A stretch of 64,000 bases of DNA from Dehalococcoidales bacterium (GTDB lineage: Bacteria; Chloroflexota; Dehalococcoidia; Dehalococcoidales; RBG-16-60-22). The position numbers and the translations under genes are program-made. The stretch lies in assembly GCA_034414775.1 (NCBI GenBank), contig DAOULX010000044.1:3150-67149 (forward strand), read 5' to 3'. Under the pieces are notes generated by a model. The model did not search any database. It saw only the letters and a list, made by a program, of their open reading frames with translations, and was not told where the DNA came from. Below, one piece after another: positions 18,816 to 26,968 of the stretch (the stretch's first letter is position 1; each line of letters starts with the position of its first letter).

Positions 18816-18851
18816 CCCCTCCCCGCCCCCGGTTTTAGAAGCGGGGAGGGG
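18816..18851. other. Perfect 11-bp-stem hairpin between convergent genes
   Basis: CCCCTCCCCGC (18816-18826), 14-nt loop, GCGGGGAGGGG (18841-18851). No U-tract on either strand. It may be a bidirectional terminator or a stabiliser. Confidence 0.45.
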
Positions 18852-18863
18852 GTAAAGCTATTG

Positions 18864-19679
18864 CTAGGCCGAGGCAACGGGGAACTGAATTTCAGTGACG
18901 TATTCGGCGGGATTCTGGGTATCGTAGGGACTGGTGAGATAGTACTCGCGGTCAGGCCCGGTGATGCGGTAGCCGTTCTCTTCCACCCAGTTCATGATGA
19001 AGTTGTAGGCTTCACTGATATTCTCGTAGGGGCCTTTGTAGACGATACTGGCCGCCTCGTCGATGCCAAGTAGCTCGTAGACCTTAACCCGCCCGCCTGC
19101 GGGGATAGACGTGGCCAATGGTATACCCGCCTCGATATCCGGATTGGCCTCTTTAAACTCGGGGTCGTGGCAGATATAAAGAGTTGGCCCGGCCGGTCGC
19201 CCACCATTACTGAAAACATGCTGCATGAGTTCCTGGTAGAGTTGCCCGAGGTCCCCGTAGGTAGGGATGACGGCACGAATCGAGGCGATAAGTTGTGGTT
19301 CTATTTTTTTAATGACAACCTGATGGTCCGGCATTTTCCCGTTCTGTTCAATCTGGACCAGCAATTTTTCGACCTGCTCGAGGCGCCTTTTCTCTTCGTC
19401 GACGCGGCGGCGTAGCTCGGCCTGCTTGAGGATAAAGATGTCTCTCATCTGTGCCGGAGTGAGACAATCGCTGATAAAAGTAGAAATCTCTTCGAGCGAA
19501 AGTCCGAGGTTTTTCAGGGCAACGATGTAGTTGAGACGTGGTATCTGGTCCGCCGAATAATAGCGGTAGCCGGTGAAGCGGTCAACACTGACCGGTTTTA
19601 ACAGACCGATTTCATCGTAGTACCGCAGCGTCTTAACGGTAACGAAGGTGAGCCGGGAAAAATCGCCGATCTTGAACAT
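18864..19679 (-). CDS. MerR family transcriptional regulator with GyrI-like effector-binding domain
   Basis: MFKIGDFSRLTFVTVKTLRYYDEIGLL HTH, a coiled-coil linker, and a C-terminal GyrI-like domain. ATG 19679 sits behind AAGGAGG. The ORF track extension to 19832 is rejected. Confidence 0.85.
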   Translation of the reverse strand: MFKIGDFSRLTFVTVKTLRYYDEIGLLKPVSVDRFTGYRYYSADQIPRLNYIVALKNLGLSLEEISTFISDCLTPAQMRDIFILKQAELRRRVDEEKRRLEQVEKLLVQIEQNGKMPDHQVVIKKIEPQLIASIRAVIPTYGDLGQLYQELMQHVFSNGGRPAGPTLYICHDPEFKEANPDIEAGIPLATSIPAGGRVKVYELLGIDEAASIVYKGPYENISEAYNFIMNWVEENGYRITGPDREYYLTSPYDTQNPAEYVTEIQFPVASA

Positions 19680-19701
19680 GTTCCTCCTTTTTTTGATATT
19701 G

Positions 19702-19713
19702 GAAGGTACCTTC
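19702..19713. promoter_or_regulatory. 12-bp perfect palindrome GAAGGTACCTTC upstream of merR-like gene (candidate operator)
   Basis: Read directly. GGAAGGT recurs at about 19730 (ACCTTCC on the plus strand). The palindrome lies just upstream of a CAATAT -10-like hexamer on the minus strand. Confidence 0.35.
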
Positions 19714-19838
19714 ACGAGAGATAATAAACCTTCCGGTGGGGGGAGGGTCAAGGGGCGACGAAAAAATATTGGCCCCCTCTCCTCCGGGAGGCAGGAACCG
19801 GAGGAGAGGGGGCACTCCGAGGGGTAAAGCAAGGCGGA

Positions 19839-21617
19839 CTAGTAGTAGAAAGCGCTTCTCCTGCCAAGCCAGTATCCAATCAGGAAGACAAACACCGCCC
19901 CGACACCGATTATCGTATAGAGGGCCCAGGAAGGGAACGAGCCGGGGCTGGATGCATAAAATTCGCCGGCGCCGGTCCATTGGCTGGCGTTAGAGGCAGC
20001 ATCCACGGCTCTGATTCTCCAGTAATAGGGAGCGGTGCGGCCTTCAAGTTCCAGTTCCTCGGCGGGGGATAGTTCGTAGGTGATAGCCGTAAGATTCTTT
20101 TTATCGATGACAACGGAACTGGCGCCGAAGCTCGCGCTGGTAGCTATCTGCAGTTCATAGGTGACCGGGTTGCTCGCCGGACTGACATCTTCTACCTCTT
20201 CCCATTCGAAAATGATGGGCGTTTTAACTTTAACTTCCATTTCCGGCTTTAGTGGCTGCGGTATCCCTGGCGGCACCGACTCGATGGTAAAGGTGATGGT
20301 GCCGGTATGGGTGCCGTCGGAGGCAGTGATGATATGATCGCCGGATTCAGCGGTAGGTGCCTCAATGGTTACCAGAATGGTCCCGTCGGCATTGCTGGTA
20401 GCTGTGGTCAGTACTTCGTCATCGAATCGAACGTTTACAAGAGTGGAGGGGGTAAAACCGGCACCAATGATTCCGATTACCGCCCCGACATTATTTCCGC
20501 TGGCGTTGACATTAACTACCGCCGATGGGGGTGGTTGGGTGGTGGTCGTAGTAGTAGTTGTAGTCGGCACGGTAGTGGTGGTGGTAGGCGTAGTGGTGGT
20601 GGCTGTGCCGCCCGTGACGGTAAATTCCTTGCTTTGTGTAGTGGTGCCGACCCTGATTGTAATGGCATAGACTCCATCGATAGTTGAGGATGGTATAGTG
20701 ACGACACTATTTACGGTACCGGCAGAATCGGTTGTCGGACCACTTTTAAAAGAAAGTATAATCTGGCCGGGATCCAATGTGAAAGTGATGGACGAATTAG
20801 CCGGGAAACCGGTGCCAGTCAGGGAAATATCGGTGCCGGCTGGCCCGGAAGGAGGCACGGGGGTGTTCAATACAGGGTTGGCGGTCACGGTAAACGAATG
20901 GGATTTCGTGATGGAACCTACCGTTACATAAATAGTATGCGTGCCGGCGGTGGTCTGTGGGATTGTAACGGTACTGGTGAAGCTACCGGCGGTGTTAGTA
21001 TTTTGATCGCCCGTTGGCGTTAAACTGATGCTATCGAATCTAAAAATAATAGGATAGGAGGCCAAGAAGCCAGTGCCGCTGAGGGTTACAGTAGTGCCGG
21101 CCGAGCCGGAGGTGGGCGAGGGAGTATTCAGGGTACCACTAGCGGTTACGGTGAAAGTCTCCTTAGCTTTGATGATATTGTTATCTCCAGTATCATCCCT
21201 AGATAGCGTAACATATACGTAATAAGTGCCGGTGGTAACATCTTCATCATCGGTACCATGAGTAAGCCGCGTGGGAATTGTAAACGTTGCCTCGAAAGCC
21301 CCGTCACTGTCAATCGAGTCATACGATTCTGCTAGGTAATTGTAGGTATCGGCACTAGAGCTTTGACCGCCGATCAGTTGATTGATATTTCTGCTATCTT
21401 TAGCGAAATAGATCTCGGCCCAATATTCGTGGTCACCGGGCCTGTAGGTACTCGCCCAGTCATCACCGATGACAGTAATCGAATCGCCAACTGCGCCCGA
21501 GGAAGGGGAAAGAGAAATTTCATTAATGGCCAGGGCAGGGGCGGCCGGTATGGCGACCAGCAGCAAGGAAAGGATAAGGGTGACCCCTGTTATTCTGAGT
21601 ACTTTCATGTAATTCAT
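19839..21617 (-). CDS. Cell-surface protein: signal peptide, repeated Ig-like (IPT/TIG-type) domains, poly-Thr linker, FN3-like domain, C-terminal TM anchor
   Basis: Signal peptide LLLVAIPAAPALA. Repeats of the P(S/T)SG.AGT.(V/I).L.G.GF motif. TTTTPTTTTTVPTTTTTTTTTQPPP linker. C-terminal WALYTIIGVGAVFVFLIGYWLGRR. Confidence 0.75.
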   Translation of the reverse strand: MNYMKVLRITGVTLILSLLLVAIPAAPALAINEISLSPSSGAVGDSITVIGDDWASTYRPGDHEYWAEIYFAKDSRNINQLIGGQSSSADTYNYLAESYDSIDSDGAFEATFTIPTRLTHGTDDEDVTTGTYYVYVTLSRDDTGDNNIIKAKETFTVTASGTLNTPSPTSGSAGTTVTLSGTGFLASYPIIFRFDSISLTPTGDQNTNTAGSFTSTVTIPQTTAGTHTIYVTVGSITKSHSFTVTANPVLNTPVPPSGPAGTDISLTGTGFPANSSITFTLDPGQIILSFKSGPTTDSAGTVNSVVTIPSSTIDGVYAITIRVGTTTQSKEFTVTGGTATTTTPTTTTTVPTTTTTTTTTQPPPSAVVNVNASGNNVGAVIGIIGAGFTPSTLVNVRFDDEVLTTATSNADGTILVTIEAPTAESGDHIITASDGTHTGTITFTIESVPPGIPQPLKPEMEVKVKTPIIFEWEEVEDVSPASNPVTYELQIATSASFGASSVVIDKKNLTAITYELSPAEELELEGRTAPYYWRIRAVDAASNASQWTGAGEFYASSPGSFPSWALYTIIGVGAVFVFLIGYWLGRRSAFYY

Positions 21618-21801
21618 GTCAACCTCCCGACCCGAATATCATGCTCTCTAATCGGATATTTTATTAGACAAATGTTAAGATATTGTTACACTTTCAAATA
21701 ATATAACGTTTGTGTTGCCAGATAGTAATCACCGGTGTGAAGTCAGCCCTTGTAAAAAAACCAGAGCGGTGATAACCCCCCAATCTTTATCGATACTCCT
21801 T

Positions 21802-22008
21802 TTATTGTATTAATTTTTTCCTGGCCCCGCGCCTGGGATTGTATGTTCCGGCGAAATTGTCCAGGGTGTCTTTGTTGATCAGCCAGGTATTGTGAATCTT
21901 GGTTGCCGGAAGGTCTCCCTGGCGACAAAGCCGTTTTACTGTTTCCGGGTGAACCTTGAGCCGGCGACCCGCTTCGATTACGTTTAAATAAATGTCCCAG
22001 ATAGGCAT
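21802..22008 (-). CDS. Excisionase-type helix-turn-helix DNA-binding protein
   Basis: YLNVIEAGRRLKVHPETVKRLCRQGDLPATKI matches the MerR-superfamily excisionase/HTH_17 pattern. Flanked by AT-rich DNA. Confidence 0.6.
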   Translation of the reverse strand: MPIWDIYLNVIEAGRRLKVHPETVKRLCRQGDLPATKIHNTWLINKDTLDNFAGTYNPRRGARKKLIQ

Positions 22009-22180
22009 TGTTCAATACATTTAATAATGCTTTGTTAAAGCAATTTTAACACCGGCGTCGGCTGTTGTCAAGCTCTCTTTTAGTTTATCTTAACCGGATC
22101 TTTATGGAAAGACCAAACGGTAGTACCAAAAGACCATGAATTTGTAATACCAGCAGGAAAAAGAACGTGACAAAAATACA

Positions 22181-22209
22181 TTGACCAAATAGAACATATG
22201 TGCTATTCT
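22181..22209 (+). promoter_or_regulatory. Candidate promoter (TTGACC-17-TATTCT)
   Basis: TTGACC 22181-22186 and TATTCT 22204-22209, upstream of the AGAGG SD and ATG 22238. Confidence 0.35.
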
Positions 22210-22237
22210 TGGCTTGTTTGGTTCTAGAGGTGAAGCG

Positions 22238-22588
22238 ATGGGTTTTGCTGGTGACGAGATTTGCGGTGCTGAACAAAGGGAGAGTGATCATGAATCTACT
22301 TGTGAACAAGACCTGCCACCGGAATACTGCCGCTACCGTGATGAAGGCTGTGAATACTCTCACTCATGTTTGCAATGCCCTTTTCCGCAGTGCCTCTACG
22401 AAGAGCCACGGGGCAGGCAACGCTGGATGAAGGGCCTGCGTAATAAAGAAATACACCGGCTTTATGCTTGCGGCCGTAAAATTAAGGACCTGGCCCCTAT
22501 ATTTGGAGTTAGTGAGAGGACGATCCAGAGGGCGCTCAAGGAAAACCAAAGCAGGACACACCAAAACCAATCTGCCAGTGATATGTAG
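22238..22588 (+). CDS. Cys-rich protein with C-terminal HTH (resolvase/sigma-70 region 4-like)
   Basis: CEYSHSCLQCPFPQC cluster, then IHRLYACGRKIKDLAPIFGVSERTIQRALKEN. Sits immediately upstream of the portal fragment, so it could be a small-terminase-like or regulatory gene. Confidence 0.5.
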   Translation: MGFAGDEICGAEQRESDHESTCEQDLPPEYCRYRDEGCEYSHSCLQCPFPQCLYEEPRGRQRWMKGLRNKEIHRLYACGRKIKDLAPIFGVSERTIQRALKENQSRTHQNQSASDM

Positions 22589-22624
22589 CCGGTAATGCAT
22601 GAGAGAACAAAGGGAGAAAGACGA

Positions 22625-24075
22625 ATGAGTGATTCGGTTCTAACCCAGCTGGCCAAAATGGATATCGAGCGGATGAAAAGGTACAAAGAGCTACTGGACT
22701 TTTATAACGGCCGGCAGTGGGAGGGCCGGGAAAGACGAGGCGAAAGGCGTCTCGTCTTCAACTACGCCAGGGTCTTCGTCGAGAAGATTACGGCTTACCT
22801 GATGACGGGCATCAACTTTGCCGTCGAGCCTTACGATGATACCGATGCCGCCAGGGTCGCGGCCCGGAAGGCTGAGGCGGCGATCTATGAGGTATATGCC
22901 GATAACCAGCTCGAACAGCTTGATCTCGATACTGAGATCGATGGGGCGGTGCTCGGCGATGCGTGTTATAAAGTTACCTGGGATCCAGCTGAAAAAAAGG
23001 TCAGGGTGACGGCCCCGGACATCCAGGGCATCTACGCCTGGCTGTCCAGCCCTGCCGGTGTCTGGCGAGCGGACCGGACGGAGCGACGCCTTGACCTGAC
23101 CGCGGACGTTACCGGCGTCCGGCAGGAAAGCGACGCCACGTCGGGCAGTCTGCTGGTCGAGTTGAGGAACGATGATGGCCGATATGCCGCACCGGGGCAG
23201 GGCGACCTGGCGGCTTTAGACATAGGGTGCCGGCTGGAGTTCAGCCCCGGCTACCAGACCCCCTCCGGGGATGAATTCAGCCAGGGGCCGGGATTCTACA
23301 TCGAGTCATTTGAGCATACCAGCGCTGGGGGCCGGTCTAGCTTACTCGTACAGGCGTGGGACGGCTCGGGCGCCCTCGAGGAATGGCAGGCCCGGCAGCA
23401 GTTCCGGTGGAACCAGACTTCCGATGATTACTCCGTGAAAGATATCATTGCTGTGGTGCTAGCCAGGGTGGGCCTGAACCTGGAGGTTGTCTCGGCTTCC
23501 GATACAGTCACCGGTTTTTTCCCGATTTCACGATCAACCCGGGCCACAGCGGCCGTGAGGTCATCGCCAAGCTGCTCTCCTTCGTGCCCGACGTCATTTT
23601 CATCGAGGGGGATACGGCCTATCTTGTCAATCCACAGGCCGCCGATACCTCTGTCTATAGCTATGGGGGCGAACACCGTATTTGGGAAGGACATTACCGG
23701 ACCGGTACTTTGGAGACCAACCGGGTGCAGGTAGAGGGTGACTCCGGAGGCAGTTTGATACTCATCGAGAGCTTGGCCTGGGGCGACATTGAACGCCGGG
23801 GCGACCTTTTCCGGCGGATAGATGATAGAAACATCGGCACGGTGGCTGAAGGGCAGGAGCGGGGCGAGGCAGTCCTGAGACAGGTGGAAATACAGGCTGC
23901 TGGCGGTACTATTCTTGTTCCGGTGAATTGCGGGCAGCAACTCTACGACATTATCGATGTGACCGATGCCCGGGCCGGATTGACCGCGGTTAAGAAAAGG
24001 GTGTTGGGACTGGTTTTGGTTTATAAACCGGAGCGGGGCGAGTACCGCCAGCAGGTCAGACTCGGCGCGCCGTAG
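22625..24075 (+). pseudogene. In-frame fusion of a phage portal N-terminus (about 140 aa) to a gpD/XkdQ-like tail protein, with a -1 frame change at 23515-23521
   Basis: The N-terminus (YKELLDFYNGRQWEG...NYARVFVEKITAYLMTG...VLGDACYKVTWDP) looks like an SPP1 gp6-type portal. From about 23040 the sequence switches to a tail late-control-D-like pattern (LLVELRNDDGRY...LEFSPGY...GFYIESFEH). The frame continues in frame 1 (PDFTINPGHSGREVIAKLLSFVPDVIFIEG...) after T TTT TTC. Confidence 0.6.
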
Positions 24076-24098
24076 GTTCGGCAGACAGGAGCAAAGCT

Positions 24099-24311
24099 AT
24101 GAAGGTGAGGAAAGCGGAGCTTAGAAGCTTCAACTCCGGAAACTATACGGCGACCGTCCGGCTGGCCGGCAGCTACAAGGTCAACCTGGAGGACGTGGCC
24201 GTTGCCAGGAACCTGCCTGCGGCGGAGATGGTAACGGGACGCAAGCTGGTAGTGGTCTTCTTTAATGAGCATAGCCCGCGGGACGCGGTGGTGACGGCTG
24301 TCTATACGTGA
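24099..24311 (+). CDS. Small phage-derived protein (possible baseplate/spike fragment)
   Basis: 70 aa, beta-rich. Sits directly after the gpD-like gene, where baseplate genes normally follow. I recognised no family. Confidence 0.35.
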   Translation: MKVRKAELRSFNSGNYTATVRLAGSYKVNLEDVAVARNLPAAEMVTGRKLVVVFFNEHSPRDAVVTAVYT

Positions 24312-24327
24312 GGCGGGTTTATCAGCT

Positions 24328-25119
24328 TTACAGCGGCTGGTCCCCTATAACCGACTTCAGGCCCGCCATCAGAGTTTTCTGGAAATCCTTGAACTCGGCG
24401 CGGGTGACGTAGTCGGCGCGCTGTTTTGCTTTGCCCGCCCGATTTTTACTTTTCGCCGGGAGGCCTTTCTTGGCGGCTTCGAGGACAGACCGGGCCTGGT
24501 CGTTGGCCATGAGCTTGGCAATTACCACCTTCAGGCTATTCCGTACCGATTCCTCGGTTGTATCCAGACCAGCGGCAATCTGCCCGATATCTTCACCGGA
24601 GATGATGCCGGTAAGTATCTGCGTTTCCTTCGGGCTCAGGTCGGCGAGCAGGTTATCAAGCTGCTCGTTAAGGGTGGCTATGCCTTTGAACTCATTGAGT
24701 ACAATCGAAGCAAGCCCGGGTTGTAATAACTCCTCGGCGGCGGGCGAACCACCCCGGGCGATTGTCCGGATTACGTCCATCAATTTTTCCGGATCGGCGT
24801 CTCTGGCCAGGCAGGCGCTGGCGCCGCTCCTGATGGCGGCCAGGATTTGCTTTCCCTCTGCCTTGTCCATCGTCAGGACAACAGTAACGGAAGGCAGATT
24901 GCGTCTGATGTGCCGCGTTGCCTTTATGCCATCCAGATTAACGTCATGGAGGCTCAGTATCGCAACATGAGGTGGGTTCGACTCGATGAAGTTGATAGCT
25001 TCTCCGTTGCTGGTCGTCTCGCCGATAACTTCAAGATCTTCCTCACCGGAAAGGACAAAATGGATGCCCTCCCGAAAGAGGACCTGAGGATCAGAGAGAA
25101 ATACCCTGGTCTTTTTCAT
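24328..25119 (-). CDS. LuxR/NarL-type regulator with a degenerate (pseudo-)receiver domain and a basic C-terminal extension
   Basis: Receiver fold, but the acidic pair reads SD and the phospho-acceptor position reads Ser (AILSLHDVNLDG). LuxR HTH is LSPKETQILTGIISGEDIGQIAAGLDTTEESVRNSL. An extra Lys/Arg-rich tail follows. Confidence 0.75.
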   Translation of the reverse strand: MKKTRVFLSDPQVLFREGIHFVLSGEEDLEVIGETTSNGEAINFIESNPPHVAILSLHDVNLDGIKATRHIRRNLPSVTVVLTMDKAEGKQILAAIRSGASACLARDADPEKLMDVIRTIARGGSPAAEELLQPGLASIVLNEFKGIATLNEQLDNLLADLSPKETQILTGIISGEDIGQIAAGLDTTEESVRNSLKVVIAKLMANDQARSVLEAAKKGLPAKSKNRAGKAKQRADYVTRAEFKDFQKTLMAGLKSVIGDQPL

Positions 25120-25312
25120 ATTATCCCAGTATTCGGGTACGTACCGTACACCTGTTCTACTTTAGCCTACCATACGTTCATAAAGATACGTCTATGAAGG
25201 ATAAAGTATTCGTAAAAATGTCGTAAACTTTTGCTTAAGAATAAAAGGGAAGAGTAGATATGGGGAAAACGGGGGATTTGGAATGAAATGAAGTTAGTCC
25301 GAGGTTCGGTGC

Positions 25313-26011
25313 TTAGTTGCCGGCGGGACGGACGAACTTGTAGCCGATGCCGTGCTCGGTAACGATAACGTTGGGCGATTCGGTGTTATCGCCGAGCTTC
25401 TGCCGCAGGTGCTGGATATGGACGCGCAGCAGGTCCCTGGCGTCATTATAGTTGTCCCCCCAGACCTTGGAGAGCAGGGTCTCGTGAGAGAGTATCCGCC
25501 CTTCGTTGCGGATGAGATGATAGAGCAGTTTCCTCTCGGTTGAGGTAAGCTTGACGGGCTGGCCCTGCAACAGTACCTCGTTGCGGCTGAAGTCCACCGT
25601 CAGTTTGCCGCTGGTGAAAGGGCGTTCCTCATCGGTGACGGCCAGACCCTGGGAGCGGCGCATGACGGCCTGGACACGGGCGATCAGCTCGATGTGGCTG
25701 AATGGTTTGGTAATATAGTCGTCCGCTCCTAGTTCCAGCCCCTTGGCGACATCCGTGTCCTCTCCCCTGACCGTCAGCATAATCACCGGGACATCGGAGA
25801 AGTGGCGTATCTCCTTGAGTACCTGGTAACCATCGATGTCCGGCAAGCCGATATCCAAAATAACCACATCCGGAGTCTCCGTCTCAACAAGATCGATGCC
25901 TTTGCGGCCATCGGCGGCCGATATCACTGTAGTACCGCTCCAGCGGAGCTGAAAGCAAAGGGAAACAACCTCGATGATTCCGGGGTCGTCTTCGATTACC
26001 AGAACCTTCAT
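25313..26011 (-). CDS. OmpR/PhoB family response regulator
   Basis: Canonical receiver (VIEDD, VILDIGLPDIDG, MLTVRG, DDYITKPF) plus a winged-helix output (LTSTERKLLYHL...GIGYKF). Confidence 0.92.
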   Translation of the reverse strand: MKVLVIEDDPGIIEVVSLCFQLRWSGTTVISAADGRKGIDLVETETPDVVILDIGLPDIDGYQVLKEIRHFSDVPVIMLTVRGEDTDVAKGLELGADDYITKPFSHIELIARVQAVMRRSQGLAVTDEERPFTSGKLTVDFSRNEVLLQGQPVKLTSTERKLLYHLIRNEGRILSHETLLSKVWGDNYNDARDLLRVHIQHLRQKLGDNTESPNVIVTEHGIGYKFVRPAGN

Positions 26012-26021
26012 AAAGCTCCTC

Positions 26022-26735
26022 TTATACAGCCTGTTTCACCGGGCGGCGGGGTACGAAAAAAGAAAAGGTGCTGCCCTTGCCCGGCTCGCTTTCGACCCAT
26101 ATCCTGCCTCCGTGGAGCTCGACAACCTGCTTGGAAAGGGCCAGCCCCAGGCCAAGGCCCGGGTGACGCTGCCGGTCTGAGCTGAGCCGGCTGTACGGCT
26201 TGAAAAGCCTGGCCTGTTCCTCCCGGGCAATCCCGATACCGTTGTCCCGGACATCGATGACCAGGCCGTTGTCCTCCTGCCGTGCCTTGACCGAGATAGT
26301 ACCGCCCTCCGGGCTAAACTTGGTGGCGTTGGTCATGAGGTTGAGCATTACCTGTTCCAATCGCGGGCCATCCCCGTGAACGATGGGAAGGGTGTTAGGC
26401 AGGTCAGTGACCAGTTTCTGGTCTTTGTTCTGCAGCAACGGGCTGACCTGAATACATGTACCCTGGATGAGTGATTTCATATCTACCGGCTCGAACTGCA
26501 GCCGCAATTTGCCGCTGCCCGTCCTGACGATGTCCAGAAGTTCCGCCAGCCTTGTCTCCAGAGTGTTGGCGTTTTGAATAATAGTCTGCATGAGCTTTTT
26601 GAGAGAATCGTCGGCGGTGGTCTGGAGTTCTTCGGCCAGCAGGCCGGCGGCAGCGATTATCGAAGTCAGCGGCGTTTTAAGCTCATGGCTCAGAGTATCG
26701 ATGAAACGGAGCCATTCCTCTTCTTTGGTTTCCAT
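26022..26735 (-). CDS. Soluble histidine kinase lacking any sensor domain
   Basis: The H-box SHELKTPL begins about 15 aa after ATG 26735. N, G1 (DNGIGI) and G2 (GLGLGLA) boxes are present. No TM or PAS/GAF domain. The alternative start ATG 26792 has no SD and overlaps a -10-like TAAAAA. Confidence 0.85.
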   Translation of the reverse strand: METKEEEWLRFIDTLSHELKTPLTSIIAAAGLLAEELQTTADDSLKKLMQTIIQNANTLETRLAELLDIVRTGSGKLRLQFEPVDMKSLIQGTCIQVSPLLQNKDQKLVTDLPNTLPIVHGDGPRLEQVMLNLMTNATKFSPEGGTISVKARQEDNGLVIDVRDNGIGIAREEQARLFKPYSRLSSDRQRHPGLGLGLALSKQVVELHGGRIWVESEPGKGSTFSFFVPRRPVKQAV

Positions 26736-26824
26736 AGAAGCCGCTCTTTCGCTTGGCCGTCTGGCGTAAATAGACTTACTTAAATTTAACATTTTTAGCG
26801 AGGAGTATCAAGAGGTTAAGCCTA

Positions 26825-26844
26825 GTACGAAATGGTACGAAATG
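26825..26844. promoter_or_regulatory. Perfect tandem 10-bp direct repeat (GTACGAAATG x2) upstream of the kinase/regulator operon
   Basis: Read directly. On the coding (minus) strand it is CATTTCGTAC CATTTCGTAC, adjacent to a TTAACC-16-TAAAAA promoter-like element. Confidence 0.45.
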
Positions 26845-26968
26845 TTCACTGCCTGCGGTCCAGATTAAACAAGGGGAAAAAGGGGACGTTTGACCTAGCT
26901 TTGTCAACTGACGAAAAATGACACGACATGGCTGGTAAACCAGCTCAGGAAAATAAGGCTGGCGGTTT

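Larger units (their letters stand above)
16276..24311. mobile_element. Decayed phage-derived island (terminase ... truncated portal fused to a tail gene), interrupted by non-phage cargo
   Basis: Phage packaging and tail genes lie at 16.3-18.1 kb and 22.2-24.3 kb, and capsid and most tail genes are missing. There is a portal::gpD-like fusion, a frame change, AT-rich spacers at 21.6-22.2 kb, and no integrase in the window. Confidence 0.65.

Noticed and set aside
19680-19832. 51-codon N-terminal extension of the MerR gene, plus the overlapping ORFs 19633-19980 and 19736-19993
   Set aside because: The MerR HTH starts at MFKIGDF, directly behind a strong AAGGAGG SD at ATG 19679. The extension is Pro/Leu-rich spacer DNA containing the putative operator.
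20510-20600. Thr-codon-rich tract in the surface protein gene as a hypervariable or diversity-generating target
   Set aside because: No reverse transcriptase or template repeat is present in the window. The tract is a simple poly-Thr/Pro linker with mixed ACC/ACT/ACG/ACA codons.
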